A DNA stretch of 64,000 nt from NCBI GenBank assembly GCA_040954595.2, contig CM082587.2:8313403-8377402 (forward strand), in the 5' to 3' direction. The DNA is from Balanoglossus misakiensis. Lineage: Eukaryota; Animalia; Hemichordata. Position numbers and translations under genes: made by a program. Below are positions 53,401 to 64,000 of this stretch, in pieces (positions within the stretch are counted from its first letter, which is position 1; each line of letters begins with the position of its first letter). The notes beneath the pieces are model-generated. The model saw only the letters and a program-made list of their open reading frames with translations, made no database searches and was not told the DNA's origin.

Positions 53401-56400
53401 ATAAAAGGATAAAATTTTAAATTCTGAGTAAATGCTGTCTTTATTTTCAGATTTTTACCAGTGAAAGTCTGCACGCTGACAAGATAGCTGCATTGAGTCA
53501 CCAGACATTTAATGCAGTGGTTGCCAACATCCCAGAATGCATTTCAGGACGTAAGATTCTGGCTGCCTTGGTAATGTTCCGAGACAGTGAGGATCAGGGG
53601 ACTGTTATCAGTCTTGGCACCGGTAAGATGAACTTAATGAACTTAAGATGGGTTAATATTAATGGCTTCTCATTGAATCAAATTTAGCTATATTTGCTGT
53701 AGTGTACATGTATGCAATGCATGATATCTGCTAAAGATTGGTCATTGGAATTTTACCTTCTACATACCGGTAGATCACTTACTATTATATAGCAATGGAA
53801 TCTTGTATATCTGTGTAATATTGTCTGATCTGTGCGGTAACGTAGCCCACAAACTGGGCACATGTCAGCTCTATAATTTGTGCACGCAGAAACCATTAGA
53901 TGTATCACAGCAAGTGGGGCTTCCCAATCATTTTCCTTGATGATAAAACAGGGACAATAAATTAGGCATGGAATAAGCTTCTTTTGCATCGAAGGCCTCA
54001 CTACTACAACTGTTGTTTGCTCTGCAGGAAACCGATGTGTGACTGGAGATATGCTAAGTCTGGAAGGAAACACTGTCAATGATTCACATGCGGAAATCAT
54101 CACAAGGAGATCATTTCTGAGGTAAGTCACTGTCAGAAATTCATGCATACACTGTACAGTAAATACCCGGTAGAATACAACACAATACATTACAATACAG
54201 TATAATACATTTACAACACATTTGCAATACAGAACAGTTCATGTGCAGTACCATACATTTAAAATCAATGTAACAATAGCCAGGAACATAAAAAAGAACA
54301 TAACTTTCCAATTCTTCTTTCAGGTATTTGTATCAACAGTTGAATGTATATTTGGAGAGTCCAACAGAGAGCATTTTTTGTGAGAGCAAACCAAGTGGCA
54401 AGCTAGCAATTCAACAGGGAATAACGTTTCATCTGTACATCAGTACTGCCCCTTGTGGTGATGGTGCCCAATTTTCTAGAGGTGATAGCAGTGGTGAGAC
54501 ATTGACTGGGTTGACGTCGGATGACTTCACTGGCAATGCCAGTCACCAACCAACCTTTACCAAGAGCATTCAGGGTTTGCTACGGACCAAGATGGAGGGG
54601 GGTAAGTCTGTCTGTCTGCCATTACATGACACTTGCTGTCTGGAAATGACACCAATACTGGTGCATTCTGGGAATGTTGTAATGTAGAAATCAAAAGGCT
54701 GTCAGTGAACACATCTAGCTTGAGGCAGAATAATGCCGGCCATGAAAATATTGAGTTCAATCAAAGCAAATGTTGCAGTGTGAGTGTAGCTTTTAACCAT
54801 CTAAACCTTACACTGTAAATATTCTTCAGTTGTGAGATCATTTCAATTCTTTACTATCAATCACGTGATCTGGCAATGTGTCCCATGGCGCAGTCATTTC
54901 CAGATGACGGGCAAGCAATATTTCGGCATCCAGTAAAAGTTTTTCCGAGTATGTTTTTACTTTAGAACCGCCAAACACAAAACATGTATCGGGTATGTTG
55001 CCTCATCAGCCTCATTGCATTTCGTCTGCACAGTCTTTGTCTGCACCACGTAAGTCCACGTTGCTGAAGTTGCCCGTCATCTGGAAATTTCAATGCGAAC
55101 GTAACTGCCACCTGAACGCGTCTGACGTCATTTGACAGCGAAGAATAAACCAGCAGATGATGTGTCTTTAAATTAAGTCACATGATTGTGAAAAACAAAC
55201 ATTTTCTGGCACAGGCATCTGCAGGAAATTCCCAGATGTATCTCACATGCTGGTTTTGTTGAGATTATCGACTGATTACATTTACTTTCTTAGTATCAGA
55301 TGGAAATCATCTTTTGTTACTAACATTGACATGTTTCAATGACAGGTGAAGGTACTATACCCATTGATCGAGACAGTTCAGTTCAGACGTGGGATGGTAT
55401 CATCCGAGGTGAAAGGTTGCGTACCATGTCTTGTAGTGACAAGATTGCTAGATGGAATCTACTGGGTCTACAGGGGGCATTGCTGACTCATTTCATTCAA
55501 CCAATTTATCTGGCTTCTATTACACTTGGTAAGTCTTAGTGTGACCTACTAGTACTAACTTTGTATTACTAAGGGCATGTCATTTCTAGACTATCACAGC
55601 GCCCTCAGTGGTTAATAATTCCCATATGTGCAATCACTGGTTAAACCAAAGTTTACTGTAAAACGGGTTATTTTCGCGGAATATGTGAGAGCCAAAAAAA
55701 TGTGAAAGTGAAAGGTTAAATAAAATGTTTTTCGGAGATAACTATCAAGTAAAAATAAGAGAATGCGAAAATCAATCCTCGCATAACAGTTGCCTCCTTT
55801 AATATCGCGAAAATTTCCTGTCGCGAAAATAACCTGTTTTACAGTAACTTGCTCTGTGCTGTGCTTTGGAATATCAGCGTACAGCAGAGAATCAGAGATG
55901 TGTAGCAGACAAACAGTTGTGTGAGAGACTAGCCACTTTTTAGTGTATCTCTCTTTGCTGTCATCTTCTCTTTGCAAATGAAATGACAAATATTTCTGGT
56001 TTCAGCAGAACTGCAGGAATCACAAGGATTGATAAATAAAGTAGAGAATGTTTGTCTCTAATGATTTCTTTGACTGGTTTTCAGGATCTTTGTATCACCA
56101 TGGACACCTGTCAAGAGCGTTGTGTTGTCGCTTAAGTCACGGCAATCAAGATAAGGATTATAGTGTCACGTTACCATCAGCCTATCAACTGCATCATCCG
56201 CAGCTGGGATGTGTGACAGCATTTGATCCACCCAGAGAAACGGAGAAAACCAAAGCCTTGAGTATCAATTGGTGCATGAACGACCCCAAACCAGAGGTCA
56301 CCGATGGAACCAAGGGCAAATGCTTGGAAAGGTAGGTATCATTGTCTGCTTGCACCAGAAACAACTACTATTATGGAGCATAGAAAAAAACAAAATTGTG

Positions 56401-57480
56401 AAGTTTTCGTGTAATGACTGAAGTTTTATGAATCTACAATGTTTGCAAGTAAGAAATGAATACTAATGTAAGGCCAGGGCTCGAAATTCGCGGTCCGATT
56501 GTGTCATCCTTAATGAACATGGACAAACTTCAGTATGAATGAATGAAAGTGCTGTTCCATACTGCCTATTACATTGCGAAATTTGAGAAGCCCTTCAGTG
56601 ATTTCACTGGTTTATTGGATCTCCAAGATAAAAACCAAATTAAAGTCGGTAACACGTACCGTAACGACAAGCAAGCGGCGAATTTCGTACGGTACATCGC
56701 TGAAGTTTTGCGTGAGGATGTCGTGACGGAAATAACTGAAAGTGAGCTGTACTCCGTGCTCAATGACTCTTCAACGGACAGATCAACTGTCGAGGAAGAA
56801 ATAGTATACGTTCGTGTACTTTGCGATTGTCGCCTTTACATGTAATCATCGGATTTGTATAATTAATAATCGTCTAGTGACAATTGAATATACTGTAGAA
56901 TACTTCATTTTCACTAGGATTTTATTTTCACTGCTTTCGTTGGACTCATTTTTCCGCTAAAATAACATCCCAGTGAAAATTATTATTTTCTATTCTTTGC
57001 GCATCAGTTGACAAGAAATAGAGAAAATAAAATTGCGGTAATATTTAAAATTGTTTTCAGCAAAAATAAATTCCAGTGAAAATAAAGTATTCCATGTTGT
57101 AGTGAAGTTCTAGTCTGTTGCCTGGATGACTTTTGTCAAGGATTGATTACAAATGTCACCTTAATCAAACACATGGCGTTTTATTTTTTGGTGATTGACC
57201 AGTTTTTCTGGCAGTTTTATAATAATAATATTATATTTGCTTCAGATCTGGGCAGTCCAATGTATCGGTGGTTGCTAAGGGACCACTGTACGCAGAGTTC
57301 ATTAATATCTGCAAGAAGTTCAACCGTCAAGACCTTCTTGAAGCAAACACCTACCACAGAGCCAAGAGAATGGCCAAGGACTACCAGCAAGCCAAGATGT
57401 ACATGATTGAATACTTTGAAAAGAACGACTTTGGGAAATGGATGGAGAAACCACCTGAAGAGGAGATGTTTTCAGTGTAA
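38443..57480 (+). CDS. ADAR: Double-stranded RNA-specific adenosine deaminase, ADAR1-type: 4 Z-alpha-like domains + 1 dsRBD + deaminase, ~1027 aa, 9 coding exons
   Basis: Exons 38443-38688, 50739-52201, 52611-52776, 53451-53622, 54028-54121, 54324-54601, 55346-55528, 56085-56331, 57246-57480; all GT-AG and in phase. Z-alpha repeats KKDINxxL(Y/F)...PPxW. ds[33 protein letters not shown]. Deaminase motifs GTGNRC, DSHAE, TAPCGD, TMSCSDK and C-terminal [11 protein letters not shown]. Joining of the first exon is the least certain link. Confidence 0.93.
48593..48801. mobile_element. CTGTAAAAC/TCGCGA-type MITE in ADAR intron
   Basis: Inverted ends TAAACACTTTATTTTCGCGAG ... CTCGCGAAAATAAAGTGTTTTACAG|TA. 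Confidence 0.75.
49485..49800. mobile_element. Palindromic TTAA-AG (Kolobok-like) MITE in ADAR intron
   Basis: Starts TTAAAGCTCCATT; the two halves are degenerate inverted repeats around GTCCGGACT; related to 37575-37750. Confidence 0.55.
53200..53338. repeat. Short inverted repeat (MITE-like) in ADAR intron
   Basis: ATAATAGGGTTATTCACAAAATATGGC (53241) ... GCCATATTTTGTAAATAACCCATTAT (53311-53336). Confidence 0.65.
54897..55087. repeat. Inverted repeat in ADAR intron
   Basis: TTTCCAGATGACGGGCAA ... TTGCCCGTCATCTGGAAA, a perfect 18-bp pair about 155 bp apart. Confidence 0.7.
55656..55843. mobile_element. TA-flanked CTGTAAAAC MITE in ADAR intron
   Basis: TA|CTGTAAAACGGGTTATTTTCGCG ... CGCGAAAATAACCTGTTTTACAG|TA. 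A truncated end of this family also occurs at ~9245. Confidence 0.8.
56475..56845 (+). mobile_element. hAT transposon fragment (ZNF862/DUF4371-like transposase) in the last ADAR intron
   Basis: hAT-like terminus CAGGGCTCGAAATT, then ORF 56543-56845 [53 protein letters not shown], which includes the first catalytic D motif (DxSTD). No right end seen. Confidence 0.8.
56893..57100. mobile_element. Degenerate TA-CTGTA MITE
   Basis: GAATACTTCATTTTCACTAGGATTT ... AAATTCCAGTGAAAATAAAGTATTC inverted ends. Confidence 0.55.
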
Positions 57481-59698
57481 ATATTGTAATTCTTGGAGGT
57501 GAGGGCTTATGAGCAACATTTGTGTGAAGGCAAAGTTGTATAAAGGCTGTTTGAAGCAGATTCGACTCATTTGCATTTGATGGGCACGTACTGATGTTCA
57601 GGCCTCAGAGTGTAGTTGAGATGTGTGCTCTCACGTGTAATGTGTCACGTGCAAGAAGGTGCTTGGTTTGGCCGGACAGATAAATATCATTCCATCACAG
57701 TGTGAATTAGGCCTGCTCATTCCAAATATCACACCACAGCATGGCATTCGACCCATGCAGTGTTTTGGCAAATACCATGGTACCTTGTGCCATGGACGTT
57801 TTGGTCCTGTCTTTGAAACTTTAGAGTCATTCTATCAAGTAATGCCCCCCCCCCAAGTCACACACATGCAGCAGTTCCATCACTTATTCACACCCCACAT
57901 TTTCAATCAATATGTTATCTGTGACTATAGCACAAGTTTAATTTTATCCTTCATCTCATGACTTCTTTTCTCTTAACACGAACAAATCGGTGCAATCTTA
58001 CTTTATTTCCAAGTCAGGTGACCATTTAACCTATGACCTATGACAATCAGCCTTGTGTTGCTGATATTTACAGAAATGAATATGTCACACGTACTACATT
58101 GTATCAGTCAAATATACAGCTTTTGTGAAATGAATACCCTCGACACAAAAATTCTTTTAGCTGTTTGAATTCTGAAAGTGTAAAGTTAATGCTTTGTTCA
58201 TTGTTGTCACATAAAAAATGGTGGTGAAATTGCTACCAGCAAACTTGGATTGAGTGAGTGAAAGGTTGAATGTATCTGTGTCTGCAGTCTATGGTCACAA
58301 CTCATTTCTGATTCACCTTGTACTGTCTGTATACCATGTTGTTGCCATTGACAGCGATAGTCCTTCCAACATACAAAAAACAACAGTAGACTTTGATATA
58401 TTTATCTCAAATAGATGTTAAGTTTTGTGGAAATGTTGACATGTATTCTTGCTATCTCTTTTCTAGTACCTGTATTTTTGTCTGTCTTGTATGAAAATCG
58501 AGTAAAAAAGAGGAAAAAGGAAGGAAAATTCACACAAAAAGTGAAAAAAAAATTGTCCACTATAGTTAGAGCTTTATATTCTTGAAACCTGATCGCTGCA
58601 TAATTGAAGGTAAATTATCTGAGTACTAGTTAAATTTGTTCCCCAGTTGTATTTCAATTAAGCACTGATTGTAACTATGGGATCCGGACTGCTAGCCAGC
58701 TGTAATGTGGTGCAGGTTATAAATCATATCGTAGGTCTTATGGCAATAGTAGAAAATGGTATATCACATCAGTTATGCAAGGAAGTTAGCACTTCATCAT
58801 GTCACATGATAATGTCTCAACCAATCATAATGATTGACTGAAAATTTCCCCAAATTCCACGGGAGGTACCATATGGTTTTTGTACCCTGAATGCAGAGTT
58901 GAATATGGAATGACAGACCTTTGGCTAGATGTAGACCATGTAGATTGTTTCTCAAATGTTTTCTGTTTAAATGTCAAAAATAGTCATTTCAGTGTAGTGT
59001 CAGTCTTTTGAATTTTCACTACAGCAAAATCAAAATGGATTTTGTTTTGTTAGATTCCTAATAGTAACATTGAATCATGTTAGAGAGCATTTGACATTGT
59101 TGTTCCATCGACAATCATGTTTATGATGTAGCATAGCAGGTTTTTAAAACTTTTTGTTGATTGCCATATTGTGCAATTTTGCAGAGCAATAAATTCATTG
59201 GAAGTCAATGAAAGCAATTGTCACATCTGTACATGCATATAGCGGGGCATGGCAGAGATTGAATACAGTTTTTTTGGCAAAATGCGATGGAAATACTGCC
59301 GTAGATATTTCTTTTTACAAGATCCAGGGTAGGCTTGGAGGCAAGGCATACATTTTGTGTGTTGTGCAATGATCAAATGCTGTAATACAACTCACAGAAA
59401 AAGATTCAGTATTCCATAGCTGGGGGGAGGGGATGAAAATGTTTAAGATGACTCTATTATGATGCATTTGTTGTGTTTATTTTTCTTGAGCAATACAAAA
59501 AGGTGTTTTGCTTGTTGTTGTTACATTTCAGTTGACACATTTGTTTTATGTAAGATTTGTTTTCAAGTAAGATTAGACCATGCTGTTTTTTACAAAGAGA
59601 TATTGCCGTCCCGTTCTGTTAATTTTAATTTAATCAATGTCCGTGTTTTTGTAGTGAAACTCTTTTATTAAATGTACGATGTTGTGTTTTATTCACGA

Positions 59699-60026
59699 TA
59701 GCCTGGTCTCCATACCCAGTGTGTTTTACATAGACTCGCACACAAGGGTCTGGACACGCAGTCAACTCTCATGGAACAGATGTTGCTAATTAATGCTAAT
59801 TATTTTCCAAATATTAGCAACGCCCAGGTCATTGCTCCGGCCAATCAGTAATGTGTCACATAAGGTGATTGACTTGAACGATGTCAGAGTCAAGACCATG
59901 CGGTAACCTTGTATTTGAGTTCTATTGACACGCAGATCTTCAAAATCCAAGAGAGTTGACTGCATGCGTGTCCAGACCCTAGTGTGTGAGTCTATCTAAA
60001 ACACACTGGGTATGGAGACCAGGCTA
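59699..60026. mobile_element. MITE with ~70-bp TIRs and a 9-bp TSD (AcademH-like by termini)
   Basis: TATTCACGA|TAGCCTGGTCTCCATACCCAGTGTGTTTTA ... TAAAACACACTGGGTATGGAGACCAGGCTA|TATTCACGA. TAG..CTA ends with a 9-bp TSD fit my recollection of AcademH; MULE is the alternative. Confidence 0.85.
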
Positions 60027-61010
60027 TATTCACGACCACAAGGTGAATAGGGACAGAGCATCTTCAAAAGTTGTTTTGTCACGAGTTTTCAATAAACATC
60101 TGCTCATTCTGATCATTAGAAAGCAAAGAACATAAAAAACACAACTCTTCACAATTCACAAAGAAATAAACCCAGATTTGTACATTGCGTTCATAGTGTT
60201 TGAATTTCATGTTTGCCTAGCTGTAGCTCAGTAGAAAAAAATAGATGTTTAAATCATGTTAACAAGGAAATTTTTAATCAGAATTGCAGAGTATTTATTT
60301 TATGATAATCGTGTTTTTAATTCAGTAAGCAGTTCAGAGTTTATAGGAGGATTTTATCTGTTATGTTTATGCAGTACAGGTCTTGACTGTATCAGTAGCC
60401 TGTTTTTGTACAATACATGTACCATGTATACTATATATACATCTTGGGATAAGGTTGTGTACATTTGGGCCATTTTGTACACCTTGTAAGTTTTCAAATT
60501 TTTCCTGCATTTATTTACTGTTGATTTCAGAACGTTGTGATCGTTTTATTCCGATATCAGAATGACATTTTATGCCAGTCATATCTTGCTATGCAATTTC
60601 ATTGAGAAAGATGAATGAAGTTTACAGTATGGCGACGAAGCTGCTATCTGAGTGTGCTATTCTGGGTATTGGAAACTTTCAAACTGTCAGCATTTGAATA
60701 CGTCCCATATCTCACCTGTATCAGAATGCGCAAAGTAGTGGAGTGGAGTCGTGAGTACTCTGAATGTCGACAACAGCCCCCTCAGTGACAAGAGAGTGCA
60801 GTCATATTGTATTGGAACCAGTGGTTGCAGTGGATTGAGCAGACTTCACGGGCTCAGCTCATGAAAGTGTTGCCAAACACACCGCAACCACTAAGTGTAA
60901 CTGCCTCATCTAGAGAAAGCTTGCCACCATTTCGGTCAATGCAAAAACTCTACACCAGTGCCTCTCTTGTGTTCTCTTACCGGGTCAGAGGTGCCATTAC
61001 GACGGCTTAA

Positions 61011-61094
61011 CCCTTTCACCACCATGGTTTGGTCCAAAGCCATTGTTTCCTATGGTAAAGTTGGACCTCTATACAGGGAAATGGGGTGAAAGGG
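61011..61094. mobile_element. piggyBac-like MITE, copy 2
   Basis: TTAA|CCCTTTCACC ... GGTGAAAGGG|TTAA. Confidence 0.85.
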
Positions 61095-63669
61095 TTAAAC
61101 TAACGGTAATATGCCTGTAAAGCAGCAACCAAATTGCCACTGTATCAAGTCTACTTTTTCACCTGTTGAGGAAGGGTTAACATGGACTACAAGCATTTGT
61201 ACCAGTTTTACATAAGATTTCTAAGCACAGTCAAATTGAGTGCTAATCATCCGTTTCAATGCAACTGGCTTCAAAATAATGATGGGGTCGACTGCAAGAG
61301 AGACAGGTTGAGGAAATAATTAAGTACAGCTTAATGACAGTTGTGTGTTCATTTTGAATGTTGACAGTTTGGAAAAAAATAAGGAAAATATTTATAATAG
61401 CATGTGTTTGTAACAAAAATGTTTGTAGCACATTGTATTTTACATGTACCATTATGTAACAGCATTGTCACAAGACATGGGAGAAAGATATATACATGTA
61501 CCAACATATTAGAGAGCAACTTTATTTTGTGTAGTGTGGTGTGTGTCAAGAGATTTCAATGGTTCTGTTGACACATTTATGTCTCCTTATGTTTCCAGTT
61601 CAACGCAGCAATCTTCGAAACCATGTGAAAGATTACAAGAGAAGTCCTTGACTTCGATGACATTGGTGTTATCATGTGTGTTTTGAATTAAGATTGTTTA
61701 TTTTACTGTGTTTTTGTGCTGCAAACAATTGTTTTGTTTTATGTTTGTGTTTTGGACGCACTTTGAAAGTGTTGTTTTTCAAGTACAATTTGAATCATGG
61801 TACATCACCAGTGTTTTGAATAAAGATGTATTCACTATTGTTGTGCAGAAAAGTGTGTGCGTTTTTTCTGTCACTGTGAAAGGTGTGTAGGCAATACACA
61901 GGATATGAAATGATCCATGGAAAATTATGTCGTTCATATCAATGGTATATGTTCTTTACTGTTGCAAATTTCCCCCCAAGGCTTCAGGTCTTCATAGCCA
62001 GTGTATTGAAGTTGGTAAACCCCTAACCCTGTGTCAGTGATGACAATGTGACCCCCTAGCCTTCTGTTAGAGATGCTGGCGTGAAACGGATTATGGCCCA
62101 TTTTCCCACTACATGTATTTGGACAGAACCCATGGAGAGGAACTACTGTTTAATTCCGAACAACTAAAAAAAATTCACAAAATAGAAGGAAATTTCATAT
62201 GCGCAACCGCAACAAATCTGAGACAGATTCTTCGGATGAAGAGACAGAACCACGAAGACTGTACAACACATGCAAGAGAGGTTTTGGTAATAGAAATGCT
62301 CAGAAAAACCAAAGAAACATTTAGATAGGTTGGCTAGATTATGACTTTTCTCTGGGCTGTTATAAGCAAGTTCATTCTAAATCAGGTGGTGCAACTAGGG
62401 GTGTTATTGTTGGAAAACATAGTACCAAGTTGGATTTGCTAGAAGGTTCAAAGGGGCAATTTTTGCAAATGGTATTTCACCAAAAGGCAGCAGTCAAAAA
62501 TTTGATTTTGACATACAGGAAATAGCACAAAATACCCTTGACAGCAATTCCACAGTTGGCCAAATATGTATAAGTATTCGTCCTCGGTTGATATCATGGA
62601 CATCGCCTCGGTAGTCATATGATATTTGACATACACAACGAGTGAGACATCCCTTCACCGACAATACAGTGGTCGAAAATCTTTTATGTTAACTTTAAAA
62701 ATGGTTTGGTCCCACTGACAGAAGGATTGATTATTCAACGTTTTGCACCTGGGATGAATATATTACCAAACTCAACCAATTACTGCTTAGTAATCAGTTA
62801 ACATGCAATGTTGCTTACGATTTTATTGGCTGTGCATATTTTACACGTGCACTAGTATAAATGCATGGCCACGTATCACATTTGTCTTCCTGGTCAACGT
62901 GTCATAGTCAGCATGGTGAAAGAAGTGTATCAAGGGATTAATGAGTAAAGAAGAAATGGTTAATATGCAGTCTGACATATCACCTGTACTGTACTCCTCC
63001 TTTAGGTTTATCAACTACAAAATGCCATCTTCCACACAAGGGAACGGAGGGGGGCCTGTTATATGGCAATGGAAGGCATACCTATAGGCTAGAAAAGAGG
63101 ATGAATGTAGTGTTATGCAAATTAGCTGTCTCTCCTGGTTTCCAAGCCGTGGACAACACTGCAAACCATTTACAATTCACATCATGACCTATACTTAATA
63201 TGTATTTTTATTGGTTAACTCTGATGGGTTTTGAACACTGTGAGCAGCACCATCCAGCAAATGGGAACAGTTAATAAATGTTTTTCTACTAACATTGTAA
63301 GCTGCTGGACTTTTCTTTCAAGAGGAAAAAAATGTAGGGTCCTTGTGTTGGAATTACAGTTTGTCAGGCTACTGGAAACACTTTATTCCTGAGTTCAAGC
63401 CACCACCCACATTCCCAATATAACATCTAATACTGATGATAATATATGGGATGTTGTGTGTCAAATTCCAGGTACTCCAGTTATTTAATCCAACCACGTC
63501 AGTGATGAAGTGTTCTTCAGTGGCCTTGCAGAGAAGGTAGAATTGGAAAGTACATATGGCTAACAATAATCCAAATACTGCCATTGAAGCAACCCAACAG
63601 TACGTCACAGATGAAGGGTTGTTCAACTACATCAAGAACAATGTTAACTCATGAAAAGGCAATTGCGAT

Positions 63670-64000
63670 AAACCACAGAGAAGAAGTGATAATGAGCAGT
63701 TGCATGAACATAGGAAATAAAGGTTAACAGCATCAAAAATGCATGGTATCCATCGCTCTGTTGAAAGAAATGGTTTTAAACCGTCCAGATCAATAATGGC
63801 ATCAGTAAAGGGCAAGAGTACATTCAGAAAAGCAAATCCACCATTGGCCATCAAATGGGGGAAAGAGAAGGAAGACGTCGCAGTCCAGATGTACCAGAAA
63901 GCCATACCAACCCACCACAAAAACTTGGTTGTCACCAGATGTGGGTTGACTGCCCCTGTAGGAGCTGACTCACATCTTGGTGTATCCCCAGACAGGATTG
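63670..64000 (+). pseudogene. YqaJ/lambda-exonuclease-like (PD-(D/E)xK) domain, decayed, continuing beyond the window; probably transposon-derived
   Basis: Manual translation: QRRSDNEQLHEHRK*RLTASKMHGI...AIKWGKEKEDVAVQMY...CGL...HLGVSPDRI, matching the YqaJ motifs RITAS, A++WG..E..A, CGL, LGASPD. In-frame TAA at 63718-63720. Confidence 0.75.

Overview
AT-rich, intron-rich animal genomic DNA; the gene style and repeats suggest a marine invertebrate, possibly a deuterostome (inference). Left to right: (1) a decayed P-element/THAP9-like transposase remnant (~2.7-4.3 kb, minus). (2) An apparently intact 15.9-kb CMC/EnSpm(CACTA)-Plavaka-type DNA transposon (5313-21232) with CAC..GTG terminal inverted repeats (TIRs), a TA target-site duplication (TSD) and AAGCTT subterminal repeats. 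It carries two divergent spliced genes that I assembled by hand: a 14-exon ~966-aa transposase and a 7-exon ~256-aa partner of unknown function. Nested in it are MITEs and a probable 2-kb solo LTR with a helix-hairpin-helix ORF. (3) tRNA-Arg(ACG). (4) A 9.3-kb stack of Helentron/Helitron2-like non-autonomous elements that looks nested rather than simply tandem. (5) A complete ADAR1-type gene (~1027 aa, 9 coding exons, 38443-57480) with four Z-alpha-like domains, one dsRBD and an intact deaminase; the first Z-alpha is on its own exon 12 kb upstream. (6) Many MITEs, a hAT fragment and a decayed YqaJ-nuclease ORF running off the right edge. Exon models were built by eye from splice sites and phase consistency. 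Family names come from recalled motifs, not database searches.
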